From NCBI GenBank assembly GCA_951406725.2, contig OX597835.1, forward strand, positions 32,612,001-32,676,000: DNA of 64,000 bases, given 5' to 3'. The notes under the pieces are model-generated. The model did not search any database. It saw only the letters and a list, made by a program, of their open reading frames with translations, and was not told the DNA's origin. The DNA comes from Octopus vulgaris (lineage: Eukaryota). Made by a program: the position numbers and the translations under genes. The first letter of the stretch is position 1. Every line of letters begins with the position of its first letter. This document shows, piece by piece, positions 12,520 to 25,757 of this stretch.

Positions 12520-12855
12520 CTGGCTGAATATTTAGCACTTCAGACAAAATTCTTAGCGACAATGCTTCCAGCTTCCAGCTTTTCAGCTCCGAATTCAAAC
12601 CTCGCTGAAGTCGATAACCCCTTTTATCCTTTCGAGATAGATAACAAAACACTAGTCCAAAGCTGCGAGGTGGCTAGTTTGTAGAATCGTTAAGATACCG
12701 GACAAAATGACATAGTGGCATCACTTCCGGTTCTTTACATTCTGAGTTTAAAATCCACCGAGGTCAATTTTGCCTGTTATCCTTTCGGGATCAATAGAAT
12801 AAAGTACCAGACATGTAGTGGGGTCAATGTAATGGACTTGCCTTTTCCCCTCGAA
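12520..12855 (+). mobile_element. Two old, diverged SINE family A copies
   Basis: Degenerate heads and TTATCCTTTCG.GAT cores. Confidence 0.6.
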
Positions 12856-13024
12856 AACAATCGATTATACGCACGTACATTTATATAGTGTGCTATAAGA
12901 CATATCTTTAATCTTTTTACGACGATTATAAGCAATTCGTTCGTATATGTGGGACAACAGAGAATGGTAAACAACAGCATGCTTGGCTAGCTTTCCATCA
13001 AAAATCTCCTGCGGCTAAAATTCT

Positions 13025-13906
13025 TCTTGAGATTTTCTAACTAGCTACTTTACTTATTGCAAGATCAGTGGCTGATTGTCGCTTGGTTTTCTTTATATTG
13101 CGAGCCGGAGCGAATTACTGCTATCTCCAAGGGACGGGTCGATAAGTTATCCAGGCACGGAATTTCAGTGCCGCCGACGTGTCCAAGATGTGGGCTGGAC
13201 AATGAAACCGTCCAGCACACTTTTGTACAATGGCGAGCTGGCAAAATCGTTAGCACACCGAACAAAACGTTTAGCAGCATTTCATCCGCTTTACGCTCTG
13301 AGTTCAAATTCCAATTATTTGACTTTGCCTTTCATCCTTTTGGTATCGATAGAATATGTGCCAGCTGAGCGCTGGGGTTGATGTAGTCGACATAGCCACT
13401 TTCCAGAAGTTGCTGCCTTTGTGCCAAAATTTGAAGGCAGTATATTAGAGCTACAGTTAAGGTGGAGACCTTAACTGTAGCTCTAATATACTGCCTTCAA
13501 ATTTTGGCACAAAGGCAGCAACTTCTGGAAAGTGGCTATGTCGACTACATCAACCCCAGCGCTCAGCTGGCACATATTCTATCGATACCAAAAGGATGAA
13601 AGGCAAAGTCAAATAATTGGAATTTGAACTCAGAGCGTAAAGCGGATGAAATGCTGCTAAACGTTTTGTTCGGTGTGCTAACGATTTTGCCAGCTCGCCA
13701 TTGTACAAAAGTGTGCTGGACGGTTTCATTGTCCAGCCCACATCTTGGACACGTCGGCGGCACTGAAATTCCGTGCCTGGATAACTTATCGACCCGTCCC
13801 TTGGAGATAGCAGTAATTCGCTCCGGCTCGCAATATAAAGAAAACCAAGCGACAATCAGCCACTGATCTTGCAATAAGTAAAGTAGCTAGTTAGAAAATC
13901 TCAAGA
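13025..13906. repeat. Apparently perfect palindrome with 439-bp arms and a 4-nt loop (GGAG, 13464-13467)
   Basis: ORFs 13057..13368(+) and 13563..13874(-) translate identically, and paired coordinates sum to 26931. Each arm is a decayed Tx1 zf-RVT piece (CPRC..NETVQH) plus a SINE A copy. Confidence 0.95.
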
Positions 13907-14465
13907 TATATATTATGTATAACATTGTAAGCAACTCGATGATAGCTGACGGTGTTGGTGGTGGAGAGATTGTACGGCGCTAACGATCACTAAATTATTC
14001 ATAGAGAAAATAAAGTTGTTGATATGACAGTTGGATTTTGGTCGAAATCTGTTATGCAAGTATGGAATTAAAGTAATATTACAGAGAAAAGTTGGAAGCG
14101 TTCTTCAAGTCCAGACTTGCATGTAAATTTGGCTTAACCACAGAACGAGACACCATAATGAATTCGCTGAAATTATAGAAGCCATCGACTCTTGCTAGAC
14201 TGGTTAGTCCGGGCTCTTTTTGTTCATGAGAAACATGTCGAAACACAGGTGTCCCTTGCGCTAATTAATGGAATGTGTTATGAACACGTAGTCGTCGTAA
14301 GAGAGAAGTTGTTATCGCTTCGAACGAGCACAACAGCGATTGAGCGTATTTGCATTTGAATATACGGAATATATTGAGATTAAATTTGCGAATCATCGTC
14401 GTCATAATGATACTTGCATTTGTTCTTAGGCTAAAACACGCACATACACAGATACCCAAAACCAT

Positions 14466-14530
<65 letters not shown>

Positions 14531-14560
14531 ATCTATCTATCTATCTATCTATCTATCTAC

Positions 14561-14610
<50 letters not shown>

Positions 14611-14755
14611 CGCTCAGTCACACACTCACACACACACACACACACACACACAAGCTCATATACAGGCACACTACAAGGGAATTCCCATCACAAGGTTTGG
14701 ATACTACATCTTAAAGTCTCCTGCCTAATATTTGATTTTAAATACAACTTATGTA

Positions 14756-14795
<40 letters not shown>

Positions 14796-14799
<4 letters not shown>

Positions 14800-15085
14800 C
14801 GAGACCGACCAGGCTATCAGATGTTGCTACACATCGCTGGTCACAATGCGCTTCGCATTGTTTTAGCCTTCAAATGACGCCACCCCGCTGGCTAAGCGAG
14901 CAGGCCAACAGAAGAGTGAAAGTTGTGGCGAAAGAGTACAGCAGGGATCGCCACCACCCACTGCATCGTGGAACTTTAGGTGTTTTCGCTCAATAATCAC
15001 TCACACCATCCGGTCTAGGAATCGAAGCCGCGTGCGATCCTACGACCACGAGTCCGCTGCCGTAACCACTGGGCCATTGCGCCTC
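14796..15085 (-). mobile_element. SINE family C (tRNA-like head GAGGCGCAATGGCCCAGTGGTTA), tail type a, in (TA)n
   Basis: Box A and box B (TTCGATTCC). Same element as 55263-55550. Confidence 0.8.
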
Positions 15086-15659
15086 ATATATATATATATA
15101 TATATATGACGGGCTTCTTACAGTTTCCACCTACCAAATGCACCCACAAGGTTTTGGCAGGCTCGAGGATATAGGAGAAGACACTTGCCAAAGGTGCCAC
15201 GCAGTGGGACTGAGCCCGAAACCATGTGGTTGGGAAGCAACCTTCTTACCAAGCAGCTACTTCTGCGCTTATGTGGCGTAATGTTAGACATGGGGGATGG
15301 GAGTTGGCATGCAATTGCTTTCATCTGATTGGCCGATCATTATGCTGTTCACTATTAATGTGACTATGCTGATAGGGTGGCGAGCTAGAAAAACTGTTAG
15401 CGCGCCGGACAAAATGCTGGTCGACATTTTGTCCCACCGTACGTTCTGAGTTCAAATTCTGCTGAGGTCGACTTTGGTTTTTCATACTTTCAGGGCCGAT
15501 AAAATAAGTACCAGTTGCGCACTAGAGTCTATGCAGTTGACTTATCCCACCTCCACAAGCTTGCTGGTCTTGTGCCAAAATTTGAAACCAATGGGGCCGT
15601 GGTGGTGGAATAGAAATATCTCACGTGCTATTTGCTTATTGACCGAATACTTAATGCTG

Positions 15660-15880
15660 TTTACAGGTGGCGTTAGTGGTGGTATGTAGATGTGTCCCGT
15701 GGTTATTGAGGCGTTGGAATGAAGGTTTGTCACATGGTATCCTACCTCTGATAGAGAATATGTTGCTGTTCTCTAGTCGTGGTGGATGAGGTCATATGCA
15801 AATCAGTCACGTGGTATCCCTTCCCTGACGGATTAATTCTCTCAGTTTAAGGTTCAGGTGGTATTGGGTAGTATGATAAA
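15660..15880 (-). pseudogene. Possible decayed LINE AP-endonuclease fragment
   Basis: Only the ITTGHIYIPP motif (cf. i.niYiPP of APE domains) in ORF 15542..15733. Confidence 0.3.
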
Positions 15881-16489
15881 AGGATGGGGATATGTAGTCT
15901 GAGAGAGGAGAGGGTGCATGTGTGTGTGTGTCTGACAAAGTAGATCTATACTGATATTAATGGTTGAAAATAGTAGAATAACGAAAGAAAGATTTTTGTA
16001 GTTGTGCGAAATTTTTCTCCCTTTTCTTTGGTTGTGGAAGAAAATGAAGCTGGAATATTGGAAGCCAGAAATCTAATTTGCGATAAGAAATATGGAAATG
16101 GGAAAATGAAATACAGTAAATTTACTTGCATTTTATTACTGTAATACAATAAACTCTACACACATAGATACATACATAATACACACTTGCACTATGTTTC
16201 TCTATATCTATGCATGTTTGTTTTGTTTTTTAGTCATTAGAATTCTTCTTAAAAGGAAGAAATTGGTTTCTAACAAAGAAAAACAGCTCCATTGCTGGAA
16301 TTCTGATATCAATACTAGCGAGTTTACATGTTGAACTTTAGAAAGTCTTGCATATTTATATTGTTCTTCTTACAGATCGTATTTGTAAAGTGCGTACCAG
16401 CCTTTCTCTTTCTTTGCCTGAAAATCGTAGCTTTTCCATATTGTTATATTTAGACATTTAATATCGTAGCCATGTATGGTAAAAATTAT

Positions 16490-16720
16490 TTTGTGAAGAT
16501 ACATGAGTGTTGTACTCATGCTCCCAAGATTGTGGGTTCGATATCCGAACAGGGCGGTACGCAGTGCTCTTCTGTTAAACAATTCATTTCACGTTACCCA
16601 AGTCGACTCAACAGTAAATGGGTAACTCTCGTTTAGAGGCTAGCGTTGTGACCTCGGTTACTTATATGCCATTACAACCGGGTAACAAGCCACATGAACC
16701 CTGGGTCAGGAGAAAATATT
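16490..16720 (+). mobile_element. Diverged SINE family D (tRNA + CORE-like)
   Basis: GGGTTCGATATCC box B and TTTCACGTT..CCAAGTCGACTCAAC..TAAATGGGTA, similar to the 35471 copy. Confidence 0.5.
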
Positions 16721-16764
16721 GTCCAGTTGATGATGGTGATGAACAGTTATTGGGATAAATGTGG

Positions 16765-17900
16765 ATTTGTTACCAGGCTGTATATATCTGTGATATCGGC
16801 GTCTATATTCGCTTCAGGATTACAGGTAAGGTCTTTGATTTTAAACGCTTTAATGGCAAGTCGAAGACATTCCAGGGCCTTGTTCGAGAGCTCCTTTATG
16901 TTTATGATGTAGTTCTCGTCGCTCACACCGAGGAGGATATGCAGGCTATATTGGATCGCTTCTCTAGAGTTTGTATTCCTTTTGGACATATCATCAGTCT
17001 AAAGAAAACAAAGATCATGTTCTCTCAACCACCAGGCCAACCCTATGAGGAACCTAGCAACTTTGTCCAAGGTACAAGATTAGATGTAGTTAACTCGTTC
17101 ATCTACCTTGGCAGCACTCTTTCTAGAGATAGATCCCTTGACTCTGAAATAAACCTGAGAATTGAAAAAGCCAGCAAAGCATTTTGAAGGCTTGAAAATC
17201 GTGTGCGGTCTGACAGAAGTCGCACCTTCAAAACCAAGCTTAGTATATATGAATCTTGCATTTTAACGCTCCTCCTGTACTCTTCTGAGACCTGGACGAC
17301 ATACCGGCGCCACATCAAGGCTTTAGGAAGATTCCATTAGACTTGCCTAAGAAGGATATTAGACATCAAATGGAAGTTTTTAACACCAGACACCGTTGTT
17401 CTACAGCAAGCTAACACATTCAGTATTGAAATGATCCTCATACGCAATCAGATTGGGCGTTGGGTTGGGCACCTTGCTAGGCTGCTGGATGACAGGTTGC
17501 CAAAGCAGTTGTTTTACGGGGAGTGGCAGCGTGGCAAACGTCGGAGACATAAACCTAAGAAACGTTTTAGGGATGCTGTCAAAAGCAACCTTAAGGCTCT
17601 TAATGTGAAAGTTGAAGGCTGGGAGCAGATGAGGCAAGATCGAACGGTTTGGAAACAAATGATCTACAACAAGTGCAAAGCATTTGAAGCTCGAAGAATT
17701 GAACAATCTGTCTTGAAACGAGCTCTTCGTAGACAGCATTTAACTACAATCCCAAACACTTTTCTGCTTAAAAATATTTGTAAGATCTGCAGTAGGGTTT
17801 GTTTGTCAAGAACAGGACTTGCTAGTCATATAAGTTCTCATGACAGTATTGATTAATTGAAGAGATGGTCTTCTGAAAAAAAAAGGCAATCATCATCATA
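16765..17900 (+). pseudogene. RTE-clade (BovB-like) LINE, 5'-truncated: RT C-terminal half, thumb, C-terminal C2H2 finger and (ATC)n tail
   Basis: Motifs ELLYVYD (decayed YADD), ISLKKTKIM, FIYLGSTLS, RIEKASKAF, RWVGHLARL.D.RLPKQLFYGE, KRFRDAVK and CKICSRVC..H. In-frame stops at 17185 and 17338. Confidence 0.92.
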
Positions 17901-17910
17901 TATATATATA

Positions 17911-18143
17911 TATTTCTTTACTACCCACAAGGGGCTAAACACAGAGGGGACAAACAAGGAAAGACAAACGGATTAAGTCGATTATATAGACCCCAGTGCG
18001 TAACTGGTACTTGATTTATCGACCCCGAAAGGATGAAAGGCAAAGTCGACCTCGGCGGAATTTGAATTCAGAACGTAACGGCAGACGAAATACGGCTGCG
18101 CATTTCACCCAGCGTGCTAACGATTCTACCAGCTCGCCGCCTT
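17911..18143 (-). mobile_element. SINE family A, full length, Tx1-like tail, inserted in the RTE tail
   Basis: Near-consensus sequence flanked by a CATCATCATATAT direct repeat. Confidence 0.88.
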
Positions 18144-18191
18144 CATCATCATCATATATGAGCTGAAACTAGAATCAATCAAGAATCAATC

Positions 18192-18266
<75 letters not shown>

Positions 18267-18665
18267 CACACACACATATACACTCACGCACACACATATC
18301 CCAAGTTAATCAAGTTAAAATAGAATATTAGAATATAAATGGATGAAGCTAAATGAGGTCTTGTCGTTATTAACTGCAGAAGAAATATTGAATGGAGATG
18401 AGGGGACACACATACACACACAGAGGCACACAGACACTCACACAGACACACACATACACATGCACACACTTGCACGGAAAAGAATCGACTGAAATGTTCA
18501 TAAGCTGATAACAATACACTTATAGAATTTCTGGAAAGAAACAATGCAGTTTCTAAGAAAAGTTGAAATTGATGCTTGCAACCTTTTCCCAACTCCTTAA
18601 TAATCACTCAATAATCAGCAGATGAACGTTTCAGACCGCTCTCATGTGTATGTATATATATTATA

Positions 18666-19560
18666 CTAGAATCAAAAATGCGGGCGTAGACCTAGAAAAT
18701 TCTTAATTATTGAACCGGGAAAAGTACAGTACAAGCAGCAGTTATACCTAGAACTGTACTGGAGAAGAAGACAAAAAACAAAATATATCTACTGAATTTC
18801 GAATTTAAAAACTAAAATAGTAATAAATGCTCCTTTATATTTTCCTTAAAAGTCTAAAAATAAATACTGTAGAAGACTAATTGCCTGCAAGTTTCCACAA
18901 ATATTTTGATATTAGAAACTTATATATTTAAAAAGTCACGTAATAGCAATTTAAGCAAAATTGACAAATACAACGCTTATATACTTTTAGAAAAGCTAAA
19001 GAAACATTTTTACATTTTGCATTCAAGTAATTCATTATCTTTCATTTTTTTACATATTTTTCTAACAGTATATAGAAATTACTTTGTTATATGATAATGC
19101 AAACTTTAAAGAAATGAACTCTTTTGATTTAAAAAAAATTTTTTTTACAATTTTTACTCTTTTGAATTACATATATTCTATATGTGGTTAATTTTATAAT
19201 ACAATATCTGTGATTTAAATTTTTCGTATAATGAGTTTTGTTAGGAAAATAAAATAAAAAAAAATAATATGATACTACAAAGCAGAAAAGCTTTAGCTTA
19301 ATACAAAGAAACTTTTGAATCAAAAATATTAAATTAAATTTTAAAATTTACAAATTTTCAATAAAAAGCAAAAACTATAACAACGAAATAGTGCAAACAC
19401 CATTTAGCAAATTCTAACTTTAGCAGCAAAATTATAAGTGTTCTTTACTGCTTATCTTGTACTTTTCCCAGCTTAATTACTGCCTTTTCTGTACTTTTTC
19501 AAGTTCAATACTTAAGAATATTCTAGGATTCTGCGCCTGCAGTTTTTATTCTAGACCCCC
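18666..19560. mobile_element. MITE/foldback DNA transposon with ~80-bp imperfect TIRs (possibly Mutator-like)
   Basis: Left end CTAGAATCAAAAATGCGGGCGTAGACCTAGAAAATTCTTAATTATTGAAC matches the right-end reverse complement GGGGGTCTAGAATAAAAACTGCAGGCGCAGAATCCTAGAATATTCTTAAGTATTGAAC. The interior is AT-rich and non-coding. Confidence 0.75.
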
Positions 19561-19639
19561 TACTTTTCCAGGCAACGATCTATTAATATAATTAATTATA
19601 TAATTAATTATATTTACCTTTGTAATTGAACTAATGATA

Positions 19640-20030
19640 CTCTTTTACTTGTTTCAGTCATTTGACTGCGGCCATGCTGGAGCGCCACCGTTAGTCGAAC
19701 GAATCGACCCCAGGACTTATTTTTTGTAAGCCTAGTTTCTTTTGCCGAACCGCTAGGTTATGTGGAGCGAAACACCCCCCCACACACACACACATGTGTG
19801 TATGTATGTATGAATGTATATATGAATGTGCGTGTATATGTATATATGTGTGGATGTATGTATGTACACAGCAGGCTTCCACACAGTTGTTGTCTACCAA
19901 ATTAACTCACGACGCATTCATCGACGCGGAAATATTGTAGAAGTCACTTGCCCAAGCTGCCGTGCAGTAGAACTGAACACGAAGCCACCTGTTTGCAAAG
20001 CGAGTTTCTAAACCACATAAGCCATGCTTT
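19640..20030 (-). mobile_element. SINE family B, diverged
   Basis: CTTTTACTTGTTTCAGTCATTTGACTGCGGCCATGCTGGAGC tail and degenerate head. Confidence 0.7.
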
Positions 20031-20714
20031 TCGGAATTAATAGAATCTGTCTTACCACAATAAAATGTGATGCTTTATCTCTCTATTCAGATTTAATGGA
20101 TTCGCCCTCTCTGTTCAGAACGTGATACCTCCGGCGAGCTGTAGTAATTCTAAATCTATTCTATATTTATCACAAGTTACCTTTTTAGAAGCAATTAATC
20201 ATTTTTTAGTAATTATAAAGTGAAAAAATAAAAGAATACAAAATAGCAAGCATTACCCCTCCCTCTAATCGCGCACTATGTTGCTCCACCACCAGCTCTT
20301 TACCTTCCCCCCAACACTAAATCTATTGTGAGCTGACACAATAGAATTGACAAAGCCGAGCAATTATTATTCAGAAACAATGTCCAGATTGTTCCATTAA
20401 TTTTTCACGTCATATTTTTTCCTTCTCTCCATTTTTCAAACCGTCTCTCTTTTTCTCTGTTAACAAATTGTTTTTATCTTGTATAATGATTGGCAATAAT
20501 CAGTGAAGATCGCCGCCGGCAGATGGCGCCACAATATAAAACTGGAGTGGTGGTGGGAGTGAAGTGATTATAGCATTTTTGTTGTTCTTATGAGCTTACT
20601 TTCGAATTTTTCTCTTTCAGTAGTGCAGGCAGTAGGAGTAGAGAGGATTGGCGATTGGTGACGTTGCTATATGAGAGTGGTACTTTTAGGCCTGTTGTAT
20701 AAGACGGTATAGAT

Positions 20715-21130
20715 AAGACGGCGAGCTGGCAGAAACGTTAGCACGCCGGGCGAAATGCTTAGCGGTATTTCGTCTGCCGTTATGTTCTGAGTTCAAATTC
20801 CGCCGAGGTCGACTTTGCCTTTCATCCTTTCGGGGTCGATAAATTAAGTACCAGTTACGCACTGGGTCGATGTAATAGACTTAATACCTATGTCTGTCCT
20901 TGTTTGTCCCCTCTGTGTTTAGCCCCTTGTGGATAATAAAGAAATAGGCATTTTGTCTGCCGTTACGTTCTGAGTTCAAATTCGGCCGAGGTCGACTTTG
21001 CCTTTCATCCTTTCGGGGTCGATAAATTAAGTACCAGTTACGCAGTGGGGTCGATGTAATCGACTTAATCCGTTTGTCTCTCCTTGTTTGTCCCCTCTGT
21101 GTTTAGCCCCTTGTGGGTAATAAAGAAATA
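20715..21130 (+). mobile_element. SINE family A dimer with 9-bp TSD GGTATAGAT
   Basis: One head followed by two ~184-bp bodies (starts 20764 and 20947). TSD at 20706-20714 and 21131-21139. Confidence 0.9.
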
Positions 21131-22374
21131 GGTATAGATTAGGGGACTTGTAGTCGTGGTTGTGGGGCGGTAGTCTGATGAGCTGCTTCAGGTCGCACAC
21201 ATTCCAGGTACACCAGTGGTTTTCTTCCTATTTTTAAAAGTCTCATCTTACCCCTACACCGAATACTGGATCATTATATACTGCCGTGAAGTATCATAAA
21301 CACACTTCCTTCTTCATTCAACACCCTCACCACAGCTACACTGTTCCATCCCATCAACTCCTCGCCAAATTCTTATGTTTCAAATTCTGGAAACAAGAGC
21401 CAGGTATTATTTTCAATCCACAAGGAACTTTGATCCATTAAAAGATCACCATTTTTTCGCCACTTAGAGACCTACCACTCTTTCTGTAGCTATCTTTTGA
21501 CAAGGTTTTCACCCTAAAATTCATCCACAGAGCTTTTTCATTTGAACACAACTATTGTATGATTTTCTTTTATAATAGCTGAAATATTTCGATTCAAAGT
21601 CACTTCCGAGGGTTACATAGCAATTTTTTGTCCCTCACATCCATACTACTTTTTACTTACAAGTTAAATTTTAACGAGTTTTCGCCAAAAGAACCTTCTC
21701 AATGAGCACATTCTTTTAAACCGAAATAATCAATACTTTTAGTGGTTGTATACTGTCAACTCAATGTGACAGTCCCGTAAGGGAATTACACCACCGCCAT
21801 TTAGCCCTAGGAAACATCGACGTTTCCTGTCGGTTTTGACACATTTTCTGTGTCCTTATATTTGCAAAGGGGAGGCAATCACCCCCGCCAGCTGGGACAG
21901 GCATCTGAAGACATGTGTTTCTGAGTGTATTGCTCGTCGTCAGTCTCGCTCGCTGAGATGTCTGCAACCACTTCGCAATAATATTTAATATTTCTAATCA
22001 ATACTTTTGTTTTAGAATAACTGAGATATTTTGATCCAAAATCAGTTTTTCGCCTTATTCTCTCGTTTTAGCCACACATATTTTGATCTAACATTTTGTA
22101 CTCAACTAATCACATACATTCTATAAAGCATTAATCTTTTCCTATATTTAAGAGATGAGGGATTATGTACATTATTTACATTATTTACATTTGAAGGATA
22201 TTTGCCCTCAACTTGTTTGTTGTTGACATAACGTTTCGGCTGATATACCCCTCCCTCTGATCGCGCACTACTCTGCTCTACCATATGCTGAGCTGACATA
22301 TGGCGTAGTGATTAAGAGCGCGGGCTACTAACCTCAAGATTCCGAGTTAGATTCCAAGCAGTGACCTGAATAAA

Positions 22375-22446
<72 letters not shown>

Positions 22447-22450
<4 letters not shown>

Positions 22451-22847
22451 GGCTGTGTGGTAAGTAGCTTGCTAACCAACCACATGGTTCCGGGTTCAGT
22501 CCCACTGCGTGGCATCTTGGGCAAGTGTCTTCTGCTATAGCCCCGGGCCGACCAATGCCTTGTGAGTGGATTTGGTAACGGAAAATGAAAGAAGCCCGTC
22601 GTATATATGTATATATATATGTGTGTTTGTGTATCTGTGTTTGTCCCCCTAGCATTGCTTGACAACCGATGCTGGTGTGTTTACGTCCCCGTCACTTAGC
22701 GGTTCGGCAATAGAGACCGATAGAATAAGTACTGGGCTTACAAAGAATAAGTCCCGGGGTCGATTTGCTCGACTAAAGGCGGTGTTCCAGCATGGCCGCA
22801 GTCAAAATGACTGAAACAAGTAATAGAGTAATAGAGAGAGTAATAGA

Positions 22848-22850
<3 letters not shown>
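22447..22850 (+). mobile_element. SINE family B inserted in (AAT)n
   Basis: Near-consensus copy with (AAT)n on both sides. Confidence 0.88.
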
Positions 22851-22894
<44 letters not shown>

Positions 22895-22943
22895 CATCGA
22901 AAAATACCTTAGGAATGAGAACCCAGGTTCGAACTTTCCCCAA

Positions 22944-22988
22944 GACACCTGATGAAGGCTGAGGGTATATCAGTCGAAACGTTGTGTT
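22944..22988 (+). ncRNA. Minimal type I hammerhead ribozyme motif, family H5 (canonical CTGATGA core)
   Basis: GACAC CTGATGA A GGCTGA-GGGTATA-TCAGTC GAAA C GTT GTGTT, with palindromic stem III AACGTT. Confidence 0.78.
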
Positions 22989-24434
22989 AACAACAAACAA
23001 GATGAGGACAAATATCCATCAAATGTAAATAATGTAATTAACCTTTTTAACGAGGAATAAAGCCATATCTTATTGGGGAGAAGAAAACAGTGACAGAAAT
23101 TTGTTCCAATTCCAAAGACGTAGATGTTTGATTCAACTTTAGCGTATGATATGGCTTTAATAATCGATTGTGTTAAAGAATTGATTGGTTTTAATAATGG
23201 ATTATATTTAACTATGGATTGGTCCTTGTGTAGGTTGTCTTTAAATCGTAGATTGGTTATTAATGTGGAATATTCTTTTCTTATTTTGGCACAAGGTCAG
23301 CACACTTTCAGGGCTGGGAAAGTCGATTACATCGATCCCCTAGTACGTACTCGACAGGTGCTTATTTTATCGACCCCAGAAGGATGAAAGGTAAATTCGA
23401 CCTCAGCGGAATTTGAACTCGAAGCGTAAAGACACACAAAATGGTGCTAAACATTCTTTTCCCGGCGTGCAAACGATTATGCCGGGTCACCACCTGATAA
23501 ATATGGGAATACTGACAAGGCAGATATGTACAGTTATATTTAACCAGCATCTCTCATCCCCTGCAGCTCGACGGAAGCTGCGAACGTATTGAATTGGCTT
23601 TCGTGTGGTTAAGTGCAGTTGGGGTTAGGTTAGCAACGTACTTCTCGAAACATCTCAGACACAGTAAAGGTGGTTAAGTTACTCTCTCTGTAATATCTTA
23701 CACAAACGACGGAAAAGCCTATGCAAAGTAGTGACATGGTACTTCTGACCAATAACTTTTTTGCTCAATTTTCCCATTAAATGAGTTCTTTCCGCTTGAT
23801 CTTTAACAAAACCCAAACAAAAAAAAAAAAAAACTCAATAGTATATGATTTATCATAGGATATATTTTTAGATTTACCTTTGAATCTACAGTAAGATATA
23901 ATAGCTTATAATATATCTCGCTAAAATACTTTGTTCCTATCAAACTCCAAATATAGTGATTCCTCTAATATTTTTCTCCCACTTTTTTTTATAGATATTT
24001 AATTCATATCGAAGCTCTGATTATTTCTTTCAAGTTAACTACCATTCTTGTTCTTCTCCATAAACTCTCATTCATTGATTATTCCATCCACATCGGTACT
24101 TTTCACAGAACGGACCTTAAGAAGAAGAAGAAACACATCGAAATCTCTTCACGTGACTTAATCGATAATCGTCATTGAAAAGCAACTCTTTCTGCTTTGC
24201 TTAAATATATTTTTCCACTTCAGGTCGTCTGTATTAGACGGTTAGATCTGCTTTACTGGGTTTCGACTTCAATTTGTGGTGCGTTTGTGTGAATAAGTCT
24301 GGTTATGGAAGAGGAGACAGGTTGTGGAGGAGGAAGAGGGGGCCACAAAAAGAAGTAGAAGAAAGAGAAAAAGAAGAGTGGAAGAAGTGAAGAAGTGGAA
24401 GAATAGCAGTGAAGCGATTGATTTCTCTTTGATA

Positions 24435-24612
24435 AGATACATATACACACACACTAGTACACAGCACACACATATACAAACATACACATATACATGTATA
24501 TATATGAATGTATGTATATATATATGATTGTATATATATATATATGCATATATATATATATGTATATATATATGCATATATATATGTATGTATATATATA
24601 TATATATGCATA

Positions 24613-24658
<46 letters not shown>

Positions 24659-24753
24659 TATATATGTATATATATATATATTGTATATATATATATGTAT
24701 ATATATGTGTATATTAATATATTTGTACATAGGTACATACATACATATATACA

Positions 24754-24801
<48 letters not shown>

Positions 24802-24826
24802 TATATATATATGTCTATATATATGT

Positions 24827-24862
<36 letters not shown>

Positions 24863-24899
24863 CATATTTGTACATACGTGCATACCCACATATATACAG

Positions 24900-24978
<79 letters not shown>

Positions 24979-25000
24979 CATACATACATACATACATACA
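24435..25000. repeat. (TA)n-rich compound microsatellite
   Basis: Direct reading. Confidence 0.95.
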
Positions 25001-25757
25001 CAGTTGTACTCATACACTTACAAGATCAGAAACGAAGTAGGATACTCTTACAAAAGAAAATACTTGATAAGTTTACGTCTAATTACGTCTGCAATTCACT
25101 TTGGATTGTCTCTGGTTATAACCTCTTCAGAATATTTGCTTTTCATACAATGCTTCTCAAATAAACACCACCACCACCACCACCACCACCACACATCCAG
25201 CTCCATACAGAAACGCACGCACGCGCGCGCACATACACACACGCACACAAATACTTACACCCACAGATGCACGTTAGAATTACCAATTTCCAATTCCATC
25301 CTTATTATATATCTTGAAGTCTCACACCTAATTACAATGCCATTAATTAATGATTTTCTTCTTGTTTAAGTTGAGAGTTCGTTTTCAATATATATTTTTT
25401 TTTGTCTTTTGCTCTACAGCTTCTCTTCAAACTTATTTAAAAATTAAAAATCAATAGGATCTTCACTGACGTATTCAAATAGAGTCATTAACAGTTCAAG
25501 TTAATTAAAAACGGAGACTTCTTGAACATTTTAGATATTCTCTTATGAAAAAGTCTCTTAACATTTAATGGTTTGTTGGTTCATCAAATGAAAATTTCTC
25601 TGGAATGGTCTCTTAGGAATCTCCCAAAATCTTTTGCCGCATAATGAAAGCATAGAAGGAATGTGTTTACATTTAAAAAATTTCTATCATAGCTAGAGCT
25701 TTTTAATGCTTAAGTTTATTTCCCTTTTAGTCCTCATACACGCACACACACACACAT

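Larger units (their letters stand above)
22110..23040 (+). mobile_element. Penelope-pLTR-like element with tRNA-like segment and hammerhead H5, an inverted partial copy at its 5' side, and a SINE B insertion
   Basis: ~22170-22253 is the reverse complement of ~22960-23037. A tRNA-like segment lies at 22292-22366 and the hammerhead at 22944-22988. Confidence 0.65.

Noticed and set aside
21150-21720. Possible I/Nimb-type LINE ORF1 relic on the minus strand (..KNGDLLM..)
   Set aside because: Only a single weak motif amid many stops and frameshifts.
22292-22366. Functional tRNA gene (likewise the SINE heads)
   Set aside because: The acceptor and T stems do not pair well and the segment is embedded in repeats, so it is treated as tRNA-derived.
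24210-24325. Splice-acceptor-like TTTTTCCACTTCAG and a possible exon
   Set aside because: All three frames contain stops and there is no other support.
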